From Patescibacteria group bacterium (GTDB lineage Bacteria; Patescibacteriota; Minisyncoccia; Ryanbacterales; GWA2-47-10b), in the NCBI GenBank assembly GCA_038065475.1, contig JBBTQY010000010.1, forward strand, positions 3,531 through 67,530: a stretch of 64,000 nt of DNA, read 5' to 3'. The translations under genes were made by a program, and so were the position numbers. Positions 46,762 to 56,927 of this stretch are shown here, in pieces (positions within the stretch are counted from its first letter, which is position 1; the number at the start of each line of letters is the position of its first letter). The notes beneath the pieces were generated by a model. It saw only the letters and a program-made list of their open reading frames with translations. It was not told the DNA's origin and made no database searches.

Positions 46762-48453
46762 TTGCTTATGACTGATGAGCGGTTAAAAGAACTTTTGGTA
46801 GGTCCCGGTCTTGTATTGCCGGCCGATTTTGATGCGCTTGCCAGGGAGGCTAAAGAGCATGGTGAGCCGATAGAAGATCTCCTGGTTGAAAAAGACGTGA
46901 TACGCGATAGCCAGCTCGGGCAACTTTTAGCTGAAGAATACGGTGTACCCTTTATCAATATCCAAGAAGAAAAGATTGACGAAGAAATCTTGCACCAGAT
47001 TCCTGAGCTTGTAGCTCGCACACGAGGCGTTGTCGCATTTGGGAGAGATAAAGATAACTTTAAAGTTGCTATGCGCAATCCGGGTGACGCGGAGATAACT
47101 AATCTTCTGGAAAAACGTCTTGCTGGCCCCATTACCAAGTTTTATATAACTCATCGAGGGCTTACCGAGGCGCTTGGATTTTATCGTGCGCATATTCGCG
47201 ACGCATTTACCAAGATTCTTGATCAGCTCAAAGATGAAAAATTTTCGCGCGAAGATAGAGATGAGGCAACGGTCGCTATGGTTGATGCGCTTTTGCGTTA
47301 TGGGCACGAGTCAAAGGCATCTGATGTGCATATCGAGCCGCATCCCCAAAAAATTGTTATCCGGTTTCGTATCGATGGCGTCATGCATGACATCCTTGAT
47401 TTGCCCAAAAACTTACTCGACGTCATCATGACGCGTATAAAAATTTTGGCAAAGATGCGTACCGATGAGCATCGTGCCGCGCAAGATGGCAAACTTTCGT
47501 TCGAAACCGAAGATGACAAGGTAGACGTACGCGTTTCCATTGTGCCGGTGACTGAAGGTGAAAATGTGGTCATGCGTCTGCTCTCATCGAAGAGTAGGCA
47601 ATACAGCTTGTCCGATGTAGGGCTTTCCGACGCTGATCGTGCAAAGATCGAGAGCGCTATCGGAAATCCGCACGGTATGATTCTGGTTACAGGGCCCACC
47701 GGTTCGGGTAAAACCACAACGGTTTATGCCATGCTCAAAATTCTCAATACGCGCGATGTTCACATTGCGACTATTGAAGACCCGGTTGAGTATGAGATTG
47801 AAGGCGTCAGTCAGATACAAGTCAATGTGCGTACCAATCTGACATTTGCCAAGGGGCTTCGCGCCATTGTGCGCCAAGATCCCGATATCATCATGGTCGG
47901 TGAAATCCGCGACGAAGAGACGGCTGACATCGCAATTAACTCTGCTATGACTGGTCACCTCGTACTCTCAACTTTGCATGCAAACGATGCCGCCACAACG
48001 CTCCCGCGATTGCTTGATATGAAGGTTGAACCATTTTTAGTTGCATCCACCGTCAACATCGTCATTGCCCAGCGCCTCGTGCGGAAAATCTGCGAGAAGT
48101 GTCGCGCCTCCCATCAAGGATCTTCTAATGAGAAAGAAATACTTGCACAAGACGCGCGTTTGCGCGAAGTGGTGTTAAATCATCTAAAAACCGATATAGA
48201 AAATATTCGTCTCTATAAAGGTACGGGGTGCCCCGTATGTTCCAATACGGGTTATCTTGGCCGCGTGGGAGTTTTTGAGGTGTTGCAGATGACGCCTGAG
48301 ATAAAACAGCTTGTCGCCGCACGAGCTCCGTCATCTGACATTGTGCGCATAGCGCGTACGCAGGGGATGACGACCATGCTCGAAGATGGCATTGATAAAG
48401 TAGTTCGAGGTATTACCACCATAGAAGAAGTTATCCGCGCAACAAAAGAATAA
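46762..48453 (+). CDS. GspE/PilB-family secretion ATPase (second system)
   Basis: GSPII_E N-domain, Walker A GPTGSGKTTT and a C-terminal tetracysteine motif. Confidence 0.9.
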   Translation: MLMTDERLKELLVGPGLVLPADFDALAREAKEHGEPIEDLLVEKDVIRDSQLGQLLAEEYGVPFINIQEEKIDEEILHQIPELVARTRGVVAFGRDKDNFKVAMRNPGDAEITNLLEKRLAGPITKFYITHRGLTEALGFYRAHIRDAFTKILDQLKDEKFSREDRDEATVAMVDALLRYGHESKASDVHIEPHPQKIVIRFRIDGVMHDILDLPKNLLDVIMTRIKILAKMRTDEHRAAQDGKLSFETEDDKVDVRVSIVPVTEGENVVMRLLSSKSRQYSLSDVGLSDADRAKIESAIGNPHGMILVTGPTGSGKTTTVYAMLKILNTRDVHIATIEDPVEYEIEGVSQIQVNVRTNLTFAKGLRAIVRQDPDIIMVGEIRDEETADIAINSAMTGHLVLSTLHANDAATTLPRLLDMKVEPFLVASTVNIVIAQRLVRKICEKCRASHQGSSNEKEILAQDARLREVVLNHLKTDIENIRLYKGTGCPVCSNTGYLGRVGVFEVLQMTPEIKQLVAARAPSSDIVRIARTQGMTTMLEDGIDKVVRGITTIEEVIRATKE

Positions 48454-48454
48454 T

Positions 48455-49174
48455 ATGCCCAAAAAGAAACTTACCCGAGAAGAAACTACGCAGCGCATCA
48501 CTGAGGTTACCTCAGTTATTTCACATCAGCTCAAGACGCCTCTTGCCGGCATCAAATCATCACTCGAAGTTTTACTTTCAGGCGATTTAGGTGATGTGAC
48601 CGCCAAGCAGCGCGAGTATCTCGTGCTAGCGCTTGATGGCGCCAACAAAATGATTGGTTTGGTCAAAAATCTTCTTGATGCCTCGCGTATTGATGAGGGT
48701 CGTATGCAGCTTGCGCCAGAACCTACCGATATTGGCGCGTTAGCAAAGGCAGTAGTAGATGATCTTGCCACATTTGCACAGGCAAAAAATACAACACTCT
48801 CAATCACACTCGAAGAAAATCTGCCAAAAACTTCTGTCGATACACTTAAGATTCATGAGGTTATCAACAATATTGTATATAACGCCATTCGTTACAGTAA
48901 GGGCAAGGGCGCAGTAATAGTCTCGGTACGAAGAGATGGGCACGATATTTTATTCTCCTGTGAAGATACGGGTATCGGTATTGCCGAGGGTGATAAAGAA
49001 AAAATCTTTAGCAAGTTTTATCGGAGCCCAGACGTGAGTGCCTTGGCGCCCGATGGGTCGGGCCTTGGGCTTTATATATCGAAGGCCATTGTTGAGAAGA
49101 GCGGGGGCAAGATTTGGTTCGAATCTGCTGAGGGCAGGGGCTCTACCTTTTCGTTCTCGCTCCCGATACAATAG
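48455..49174 (+). CDS. cytoplasmic sensor histidine kinase (HisKA plus HATPase_c; no TM or sensor domain)
   Basis: H-box HQLKTPL; N, G1 and G2 boxes. Confidence 0.8.
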   Translation: MPKKKLTREETTQRITEVTSVISHQLKTPLAGIKSSLEVLLSGDLGDVTAKQREYLVLALDGANKMIGLVKNLLDASRIDEGRMQLAPEPTDIGALAKAVVDDLATFAQAKNTTLSITLEENLPKTSVDTLKIHEVINNIVYNAIRYSKGKGAVIVSVRRDGHDILFSCEDTGIGIAEGDKEKIFSKFYRSPDVSALAPDGSGLGLYISKAIVEKSGGKIWFESAEGRGSTFSFSLPIQ

Positions 49175-49183
49175 ATACTATAT

Positions 49184-49594
49184 ATGGCAGATCAGAAAAA
49201 AATTCTTATTATTGAAGACGACAAGTTTCTCTTGAAACTCTATAGTGACAAGCTTTCCCGCGAAGGATTTTTGGTGAGCATGGCTATCTCGGGTGAAGAG
49301 GGGCTCGGTAAGGTAAAGCAAGAGAAACCCGACCTTGTGCTCCTTGATGTTATTTTGCCGCAGAAAAATGGTTTTGATATTTTGGGTGCACTCAAGCTTG
49401 ACCCTGAAACCAAAGACGTGCCGGTGGTAATGCTAACTAATCTTGGCCAAGAATCTGATATTAAAACAGGTCTTGATCTGGGCGCTGCTGACTACTTGGT
49501 GAAGACAGATTTTTCTATTACTAAGCTTCCCGAGGTCGTTCGCAAACATATTGCGATTCATGGCGCAAACCCAACAACCCCCAGTTCGTCATAG
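49184..49594 (+). CDS. stand-alone response-regulator receiver
   Basis: ILIIEDD...LLDVILP...K. Confidence 0.85.
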   Translation: MADQKKILIIEDDKFLLKLYSDKLSREGFLVSMAISGEEGLGKVKQEKPDLVLLDVILPQKNGFDILGALKLDPETKDVPVVMLTNLGQESDIKTGLDLGAADYLVKTDFSITKLPEVVRKHIAIHGANPTTPSSS

Positions 49595-50639
49595 TCGTCG
49601 GGGCGCGAGTCTTGCCGTTCGCGCGCTTTTTGCAAAGCATTTGGCAGTCATGCTCAAGTCTGGTTTGACGTTGACTGAGGCCTTGGCAATCACGCGCGAT
49701 TCTGCGCGCGGGTCATTTCGCGACGTGCTCGCAGATGTCATGCGCGCGGTCGAGACAGGCAGACCACTCTCGCAAGCTTTTGGTGATCACCAGCAAGTAT
49801 TTGGTGGGCTTTTTATTGAGGCAACGTATGCCGGCGAACGATCAGGAACGCTGCCTGAAAATTTAGAAAATATTGCTCAAGAGCTTGAGCGCGAAAAAGA
49901 ACTTGCAGGAAAGATAAAGGGTGCGCTTATGTATCCATCGGTCGTGCTTGTTGCCGCAGGCATATTGGCTATGGGTGTCTCTTTTTTTGTACTACCCAAA
50001 ATAACGCCCCTCTTTGAAGGTCTTCGCACCGAGCTCCCACTCGCAACTCGCGCGCTGATTAGTTTTTCTCATTTTGTACGAGACTACGGATATATATTTT
50101 TTGGCAGCCTCATCGGGATCATTCTTTTATTGGTATGGATGGCACGGCAAAAATTTTCACATCCTTTGACGCATCTTTTGATGTTGCGCATACCTATTGT
50201 GGGTGGCATGGTGAGGTCTGCAAACATTGCGCGATTTGTGCGCACACTTGGTATGTTGCTCAAAAGCGGCGTGAATGTCGATGAGGCGATTGAAATCGCA
50301 CACGACTCTATCAGTAATTATTATTATCGGCTTGCGCTCGCACGTGTGGCACGCGATGTTGCCAAGGGGTCAAAACTTTCTCTGAGCCTTGCACAAGAGG
50401 CGCATCTTTTTCCTCCTATCGTTACGCGCATGGTTAAGGTGGGTGAGGAATCAGGTAAATTTGAAGAAACTCTCTTTTATCTCGCTTCATTTTATGAAGC
50501 TGAAGTTGATACTTCGACTAAAACTCTTTCAGTAGCTCTTGAACCTATTTTGCTTTTGTTTATCGGGCTTTTAGTAGGAGGTCTCGCACTCGCGATTATA
50601 ACGCCAATCTATGAGATCACGGGCAATATTGGCCGGTAG
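49551..50639 (+). CDS. GspF/PilC-family platform protein (second system)
   Basis: Two GspF repeats and TM helices. Confidence 0.8.
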   Translation: MRFMAQTQQPPVRHSRRGASLAVRALFAKHLAVMLKSGLTLTEALAITRDSARGSFRDVLADVMRAVETGRPLSQAFGDHQQVFGGLFIEATYAGERSGTLPENLENIAQELEREKELAGKIKGALMYPSVVLVAAGILAMGVSFFVLPKITPLFEGLRTELPLATRALISFSHFVRDYGYIFFGSLIGIILLLVWMARQKFSHPLTHLLMLRIPIVGGMVRSANIARFVRTLGMLLKSGVNVDEAIEIAHDSISNYYYRLALARVARDVAKGSKLSLSLAQEAHLFPPIVTRMVKVGEESGKFEETLFYLASFYEAEVDTSTKTLSVALEPILLLFIGLLVGGLALAIITPIYEITGNIGR

Positions 50640-51099
50640 CAGAGCTTTCACGCTTCCCGAACTGCTTATCACGCTCGGTCTTTTAGGCCTGGTTGTAGCT
50701 ATTGCGGTACCGGTAGTTTCAAATCTACAGGTATCGAGCCAGCTCGACGATGTAACGACAGAAATAAAGATGGCGCTTCGCACGGTACGTACGCGCTCAG
50801 AGGCACGAGTGGGTAATGCAACGCATGGAATGCTATTTACGCTTACCCCAGGCGCACAGTCATATACGCTCTACCAAGTACCCGATGGCGCATCAGCGCG
50901 TGATACAGCTCTCGATGAAGTACGGCAAATACCACCATCAATGACGATTTCTACTACGATATCGGGCGGAGATATTAATTTTAGTCGTGGCAGTGGAGCG
51001 CCAAATATTAGTACGGCGCAAAGTATTACTATCACGCATGCTGCGGGAGGCGTACGGACTATCACTATCACTCCTGCTGGTCTCGTAGATGCAGAGTAA
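50611..51099 (+). CDS. pseudopilin (prepilin-type N-terminus ...A|FTLPELLITLGLLGLVVAIA)
   Basis: Class III signal-peptide-like N-terminus. Confidence 0.6.
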   Translation: MRSRAILAGSRAFTLPELLITLGLLGLVVAIAVPVVSNLQVSSQLDDVTTEIKMALRTVRTRSEARVGNATHGMLFTLTPGAQSYTLYQVPDGASARDTALDEVRQIPPSMTISTTISGGDINFSRGSGAPNISTAQSITITHAAGGVRTITITPAGLVDAE

Positions 51100-51157
51100 G
51101 GGGCATAAAATATTCCTTGTTTCGGGTGTTCGCTCGGAAATAATATATACTATATAT

Positions 51158-53032
51158 ATGAAGGGGCAAACGCTCTTTGAGATTGTTATTGCGCTTGCGA
51201 TTTTTTCTATGGTCGCATCTATTTTGGTGAGCGTGTCACTCGGCGGTTTTACCGCGCTTACTCAAGGGGGTGATCAGACAAAAGCATCAGCGCTCGCTGA
51301 GGAAGGTTTGGAAGCGTTACGCTCTATCCGTGATGGCGCATGGAATGAATTGCGCCCGCCGGCAGGTAGTCAGACCGCAATGATTTCTGGTGCGATCGCG
51401 GTTAGCGGCAATCAATGGGTGTTCAATGCGGGTGCGCCCGTAGAGACGATTGGTAAGTTTAGTCGAGCAATTACTCTTGAAGCTGTGTGCCGTGATTTAG
51501 TGACGCGGGTTATTACTGTATGTCCGGCAGGCGTACCCGATCCGCATACTGAGCGCGCAACAGTCACGATAAGTTGGGAGACGCGCCCTGGAGTTTCCAA
51601 TAATATTACGCGCAGCGCATACATCACGAGCTGGCATTCAAAAACATGGACGCAGACTGATTGGTCGGGCGGGGGGGCAAGCTCTCCGGTCAATCAATTT
51701 GCAGCAAATACTCCTGCGGGAAGTATTAATCATAGTGTTGCAGGAGAGCTCAGCTTAGCGCAGGGCGGTGGCGCGGGTGATTGGAGCCAGGTTGAACTGG
51801 GCACTAAATTTCCACCGTTACGCCAACTCAATGCCATCAGCGGTATTTCATCGCAAGATTTTTGGGTTGTAGGTAATGCGACGCGGGTAATTCATTATTT
51901 GAATGGAGCGTGGAGCGCACCTGCGGCAGCGATTAACCCACCGTCTCTCAATTTGCGTGATGTAGCTATGCTGTCCGCGACCGATGGATGGGCGGTAGGA
52001 TCGCAAGGGGAAATTGTTAGATGTACAGCTTCCGGTTCGTCATGTGCGTGGACCGATAGCGCAGCACAGGGGGCGCTTGATACTGGCAATGAACAATGGA
52101 ATGCACTTTCTTTGTTGGACAATCAGAACGGTTGGGCGGTTGGCAATAGCGGAGCCCTTGCGCGCCTTCAAACTGCTACCTGGTCAGAGAAAGCGTCTTT
52201 GTTCGCTGATGATATCAATGATGTTGATATCATCGATGCTGCAGATGGTTGGGCGGTTGGAGGTGGTGGACGTGTGATCAGATATCGTGGAGGCAATACC
52301 TGGGCGACCAATACCGATGGCGCTGGTTCGCTTGGCGGCATGAATTGGTACGGAGTATTTATGCTCAACGCAAGCAAGGGTTGGGCGGTTGGGTCGGGAG
52401 GTCTCGTCTATCAGTGGCAGGGTAGTAGCTGGTCTCCTTTTTGTGATACAGGATCGGAAGTATGGGAAAGTGTTTTTGCGCTTTCTTCTAGCGAAATTTG
52501 GGCTATTGGCAATGGGGGAAAGGTCATGTTTTCCGACGGGCAGACATGTTCGGTTATATCTTCCGGTACAAACGGAAGCCTTCGAGATCTTATTATTTTT
52601 TCGCAACCAGACACTTCTCTCATAGGCTATGCAGTTGGAGATAATAGCAATGCGGTAAAAATGACACGATCTCCGGCATCGGCGCTTTCGGGGGAGATTG
52701 TGTCCGTGGCGTTTCCTTTGAGTGATAACTCGCCCATTGAGGTCATTGAATGGGCCGAGACTATTCCAGGCGCGTGTGGAGGGTCGTGCACGGTAAAATT
52801 TCAAATACAGGTGGCACCTGACAATGCTGGCGCGCCGAGCGCTTGGTACCCTCCGGAGTGGATGGGCCCTGAGGGAGATGATGGAGATGAAACTGACTAT
52901 TTTACGTCAGCGTCGGGGCAGCTCGTACCATCTATTACCAATGGTCGAGCCTGGGTGCGCTATAAAGCTCTACTCACAGGTGATGGGACTAACACGCCGG
53001 TTTTACAAGAGATGCGAATACAATATAAATAA
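51158..53032 (+). CDS. large pilin-like protein with a C-terminal beta-propeller-like repeat domain (putative tip adhesin)
   Basis: N-terminal MKGQTL|FEIVIALAIF; at least six repeats of a xGWAVGxxGxhh motif. Confidence 0.6.
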   Translation: MKGQTLFEIVIALAIFSMVASILVSVSLGGFTALTQGGDQTKASALAEEGLEALRSIRDGAWNELRPPAGSQTAMISGAIAVSGNQWVFNAGAPVETIGKFSRAITLEAVCRDLVTRVITVCPAGVPDPHTERATVTISWETRPGVSNNITRSAYITSWHSKTWTQTDWSGGGASSPVNQFAANTPAGSINHSVAGELSLAQGGGAGDWSQVELGTKFPPLRQLNAISGISSQDFWVVGNATRVIHYLNGAWSAPAAAINPPSLNLRDVAMLSATDGWAVGSQGEIVRCTASGSSCAWTDSAAQGALDTGNEQWNALSLLDNQNGWAVGNSGALARLQTATWSEKASLFADDINDVDIIDAADGWAVGGGGRVIRYRGGNTWATNTDGAGSLGGMNWYGVFMLNASKGWAVGSGGLVYQWQGSSWSPFCDTGSEVWESVFALSSSEIWAIGNGGKVMFSDGQTCSVISSGTNGSLRDLIIFSQPDTSLIGYAVGDNSNAVKMTRSPASALSGEIVSVAFPLSDNSPIEVIEWAETIPGACGGSCTVKFQIQVAPDNAGAPSAWYPPEWMGPEGDDGDETDYFTSASGQLVPSITNGRAWVRYKALLTGDGTNTPVLQEMRIQYK

Positions 53033-53033
53033 T

Positions 53034-53537
53034 ATGCGTCACGGATTTACTCTGATTGAGATGATTATATATCTTGCGGTTGTTGGCATGATTGCCGTGA
53101 GTTTGGTGACCTATGGTATTTCTGTTTCAACGTCGCGCAGTAAGGCCGAGGTTGTCTCAGAAGTACAATCGGGCGCGCGGTTTGCGCTCAGTATGTTGCG
53201 TCAAAAGATGCGTGCTGCAAATAGTATCAATTTTGCGGGGAGCGTTCTTGATGTTAATCCGGGAAAGCTCGAGCTTTCTATGCCGAGTCCGTTACCGAGT
53301 CCAGTTGTTTTTGATGTCGATCCTGGCAGTGGGCGGCTCCGCATGAAGGCTGGAGTGAATCCAGCAGAGTTTATTACGTCCGATGAGGTTGAGATATCTG
53401 ATCTGCGTTTTATAAACTTGACTGATGGCACACATGAGCACGTGCGTATTTTGATGACTCTCAGATATAAAAACGCAGGATCGGTCGAGTATCAGTATGA
53501 ATATTCGATCCAGAGTGCAATGGGAGTGCGATTGTAA
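53034..53537 (+). CDS. pseudopilin
   Basis: MRHG|FTLIEMIIYLAVVGM. Confidence 0.65.
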   Translation: MRHGFTLIEMIIYLAVVGMIAVSLVTYGISVSTSRSKAEVVSEVQSGARFALSMLRQKMRAANSINFAGSVLDVNPGKLELSMPSPLPSPVVFDVDPGSGRLRMKAGVNPAEFITSDEVEISDLRFINLTDGTHEHVRILMTLRYKNAGSVEYQYEYSIQSAMGVRL

Positions 53538-53541
53538 TTTT

Positions 53542-53961
53542 ATGCGATCACCACATACAACGTATCATCATCACTCGGGCGTTGCCGCACTTTTTATTAT
53601 TGTGGTGGTTGGTGCATCAGCACTCTTGATGGCGCTCGGCGCTACTTTTTTGGGTATTGATGAGCTCAATTTGGGTTTTGTGGATGCAAGAGGAGAAGAT
53701 GTGATGGCGCTCGCTGATGGATGTCTCGAGGAGGCGCTTGAACGTATTCGATATAATCCAGCTATTTCTCTGGCGGCTCTTGCGGCAAATACACCTCCCT
53801 ATGCGGATGGCTCATGTATACTAGAGGCAATACCTTTCGGTTCGTTTATCGTCCTCACGGTTACAGCCTCAGACGGTGAATATCACAAAAAAAATATTGC
53901 TGTTATAAACCCAGCATTATCCGGAGGTCAGTTAATATCGTTGACAGAGACTTCAAATTAA
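53542..53961 (+). CDS. PilX-like or pseudopilin-like bitopic protein
   Basis: Hydrophobic N-terminal helix; operon position. Confidence 0.5.
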   Translation: MRSPHTTYHHHSGVAALFIIVVVGASALLMALGATFLGIDELNLGFVDARGEDVMALADGCLEEALERIRYNPAISLAALAANTPPYADGSCILEAIPFGSFIVLTVTASDGEYHKKNIAVINPALSGGQLISLTETSN

Positions 53962-53965
53962 TACT

Positions 53966-55126
53966 ATGCATTTCGGCGCAAAAACCGCGGTTGGTATCAG
54001 TGTTGCTGACCATATCATTGAAATAGTTGAGCTTACAGGTGGCCCAAAGCCTTCTATCGCCGCGCGCAATCGTATCATGCTTGATGCTGGTGTGGTGGTC
54101 GGCGGCGCTATTCATGATGAAAAAAAACTCGCGAGCGTTTTTGCTAAACTTTTTGCTGATGCAAAACCGGTACCCGTATCAACGCGCCATATCGTGTTCG
54201 GCATACCCGAACGCGCTACGTATTTTCATATTTTTGAGGCTCAAAAAATATCGGCTGAGCATATTGCAAATGCAGTCGCGCGCAATATCCCTTTGCCAGC
54301 AGAAGATGTGGTATGGAGTCATCGGGTATTCCCGCAGACCAAAGATGCTTCCCGCGTGGTAATTGCGGCGGCATCACGAAAACTTGTTGAGTCATGGCAA
54401 AACTTTTTGATCTCACAGGGGATTGTCGTTGATATTTTTGATATTGAGGTTTTTGCTATTTTTCGAAATCTCTTTCGTGAGTTTCCCAAAGAGCCCGTAC
54501 TCGTAGTTGATATGGGTGGCGAGACGACTACGATCTCTATTTTTGATTCGGCGGGCCTTGCCTATACGCGCTCGACTCATATTGCCGGTGAGTATCTGAC
54601 GCGCGAGATCGCGGGCGCTCTCAAGATAACGCGCGATGAGGCCGAAGAGAAAAAAAATGCTATTGGCCTTGGCGATCGTGAGCATCCGATCTTTTTCGCG
54701 CTTATCAAGGGTCTCGAGATTGTCGTCAAAGAGATGCGCGCGGCGAGTGAATATTTTGCGCGTACGCGCAACATGCGCGTATCTCAGATCGTGCTTGCGG
54801 GTGGCAGCTCGCGCATGCCCGGGCTCGCAGTGTACATGGAGGCAAATTTTGATATGCCAATTGTCGTTGCATCTCCTACAAGTGACGTTGAAGCGGTAGG
54901 TTTCGCACTTCGCGGGCTTGAGGCGCGTTGGGATGCTACCGATCCAAAATTAACGCTTGAGCAAACGCGAGAATCTTGGTACACCCACGTATCAAAACCG
55001 GCGTTGCACTGGAGTTTGCCCCAGGGTCACGCGGGGCCGGTGAGACTTACTTGGTTGCTGCTCGCCGCTTTTTGTATCTCACTTATATTTTTGGCGGCGC
55101 TTATATATGTCAGATACGGCGCCTAA
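53966..55126 (+). CDS. PilM-like actin-fold assembly protein with a C-terminal TM anchor (PilM-PilN-like)
   Basis: Actin-like motifs and a C-terminal hydrophobic helix. Confidence 0.7.
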   Translation: MHFGAKTAVGISVADHIIEIVELTGGPKPSIAARNRIMLDAGVVVGGAIHDEKKLASVFAKLFADAKPVPVSTRHIVFGIPERATYFHIFEAQKISAEHIANAVARNIPLPAEDVVWSHRVFPQTKDASRVVIAAASRKLVESWQNFLISQGIVVDIFDIEVFAIFRNLFREFPKEPVLVVDMGGETTTISIFDSAGLAYTRSTHIAGEYLTREIAGALKITRDEAEEKKNAIGLGDREHPIFFALIKGLEIVVKEMRAASEYFARTRNMRVSQIVLAGGSSRMPGLAVYMEANFDMPIVVASPTSDVEAVGFALRGLEARWDATDPKLTLEQTRESWYTHVSKPALHWSLPQGHAGPVRLTWLLLAAFCISLIFLAALIYVRYGA

Positions 55127-55224
55127 CCGCGGGTTCCTGTGGATAACGAATGTCATTTTTGATTCCGTACTCGTATAATGAGGGCAAGTCTATTTATTAG
55201 ATTATTTTCTTCTCTATCTTTTTT

Positions 55225-55731
55225 ATGAAAAAACAAGGCGGCTTTACCCTTATCGAGCTCCTCATTGTTATTGGTTTAATTGCTATTTTAGCGGGCGTTG
55301 TTTTCGTGGCGCTTGATCCTTTGACGCGCTTTCGTGACGCACGCAACGCACGCAGAAATGCTGATGTCGCATCAATCGCAAGCGCATTGCGTGTAAATCA
55401 GGTAGACAATGGTGGTCAGTATGTAACAAGTGTTAATGGTTTGACCGCAAACGATACGAGTGCGTATCTAATTGGTACAGACGCTGGCACGTGCACCTCG
55501 GGCGCACCCGCGTGTTCTCCCGCTGGTTTTACCATGCAGGCTTCATGTCTTGATCTTACAGCTCTTTCGACCGGCGGCTACCTTGGAACGGTACCACAAA
55601 GTCCCCCAGGAAACGGTCTTACGTGGACTGCCGCGCGAACTGGTTATTATCTTGTCCGTAAAGTAAATGGATCAATCATTGTGGGTGCTTGCGATACGGA
55701 AGGAGGTGCGGCGATTCAGGTTACGAGGTAA
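55225..55731 (+). CDS. type IV pilin
   Basis: MKKQGG|FTLIELLIVIGLIAILAG. Confidence 0.85.
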   Translation: MKKQGGFTLIELLIVIGLIAILAGVVFVALDPLTRFRDARNARRNADVASIASALRVNQVDNGGQYVTSVNGLTANDTSAYLIGTDAGTCTSGAPACSPAGFTMQASCLDLTALSTGGYLGTVPQSPPGNGLTWTAARTGYYLVRKVNGSIIVGACDTEGGAAIQVTR

Positions 55732-55840
55732 ATAAAAAATATTTTTCTCAAAAGCTCTCGCATGCGGGGGCTTTTGCATTTTAGATGCTTGTCGCTATAC
55801 TCATACAGAACGCACCATATTGATTTGAGGAGGATTCTCG

Positions 55841-56458
55841 GTGGAGGTGAGAAAGAGGCGAGATAAAGTCGTACTCAAGATTCCCGGTGACATGTACGCA
55901 GGGGCCGGGCAGCCAGGATTTGACGACGGGCTGTTGCGACATGTAGTGAGCGAGATCGCTCATTGTTATCGGATGTGTCCGCTTCAGCAGATGGCGATTG
56001 TTGTCGGAGGGAGCATACACGGCAAGCATCTCTCTGAGGACTTGATTAGCGTTGTCGAGGCCGATGAGCTTGGTATGGTCTCTACTATCATCAATGCCAA
56101 GCTGCTCTCCGGCGCGCTCAGTCGCTGCCAAAAGATCAACGCCCGTGTTGTCTCGGCGCTGCCTATCGCGTACGCAGAGATGTATGTGCGCACAAAGGTC
56201 GCGCGCAAGCTCCCAGATGAACGCCTCGTGATCATCGCGGGAGGTCTGGGTCGCCCGGGATTCACGACAGATCTGGCGGCGGTCACCTTCGGGATTGAGC
56301 TTGGTGTCCAGGTTGTTCTGCGAGCGACCGGCCTCGGCGCTACGGAAAGACCGATGGACCCGTTCGCTCAAAGGCAGGCGAGCGCGAGCAATCTCGAGGT
56401 GATTGAATTCGATCTTTCGCTGGAAGGCAGTCTCTACAAGATGTTGACGAGCGGTTAG
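55841..56458 (+). CDS. amino-acid-kinase family protein, UMP kinase (PyrH)-like, divergent and GC-rich (island 5)
   Basis: GTG start after a GAGGAGG RBS; motifs IVVGGS and IIAGGLGRPGFTTDLAAV...LRATG. Confidence 0.55.
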   Translation: MEVRKRRDKVVLKIPGDMYAGAGQPGFDDGLLRHVVSEIAHCYRMCPLQQMAIVVGGSIHGKHLSEDLISVVEADELGMVSTIINAKLLSGALSRCQKINARVVSALPIAYAEMYVRTKVARKLPDERLVIIAGGLGRPGFTTDLAAVTFGIELGVQVVLRATGLGATERPMDPFAQRQASASNLEVIEFDLSLEGSLYKMLTSG

Positions 56459-56565
56459 CTCGTCCGAGCCCTCAGGTCGCATGACTCGAGGGCACTTTTC
56501 TTTTCAATGACAGGATTGCAGAAAGCAATTATTTTATGTATTGTAAGAAGCACGATTTTGTAGAC

Positions 56566-56637
56566 GCCGGCATAGCTCAGTGGTAGAGCGAAGGACTCAT
56601 AAGCCTTAGGTCGCAGGTTCGATCCCTGCTGCCGGCA
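56566..56637 (+). tRNA. tRNA-Met elongator (anticodon CAU); the Ile2 alternative is not excluded
   Basis: Cloverleaf with loop CUCAUAA and an A31:G39 mismatch. Confidence 0.75.
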
Positions 56638-56669
56638 CAGGGTCTCGGCAAAAGACCTTCGGGTACTAT

Positions 56670-56744
56670 GGGCGCGTGGTGTAGCCTGGTTAACACGTTC
56701 CCCTGTCACGGGAAAGATCGCCGGTTCGAATCCGGTCGCGCCCG
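56670..56744 (+). tRNA. tRNA-Asp (anticodon GUC)
   Basis: Acceptor GGGCGCG/CGCGCCC; loop CUGUCAC. Confidence 0.85.
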
Positions 56745-56812
56745 CTCAAAATACATAGATGGAGATATCAATAGAATTTTGAGCGAGGCTCGCCTACGGG
56801 CGGCCCGCCAAG

Positions 56813-56853
56813 TAAAACAAAGCCGCCCCGCATTGCGAGGCGGCTTTGTTTTG
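56813..56853 (+). terminator. rho-independent terminator after the tRNA pair
   Basis: aaagccgcc-ccgcattgcgag-gcggctttgttttg. Confidence 0.65.
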
Positions 56854-56927
56854 TCCACACGGTTTTTAATCAATTAGGTCTATACTATGTATAGGCGATT
56901 TTTATACGCATATATTATTTTCTTCTG

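Noticed and set aside
52184-52804. 206-aa minus-strand ORF
   Set aside because: Antisense inside the pilin-propeller gene.
55781-56482. 233-aa minus-strand ORF
   Set aside because: Antisense to the PyrH-like gene, which has an RBS, family motifs and a terminator.
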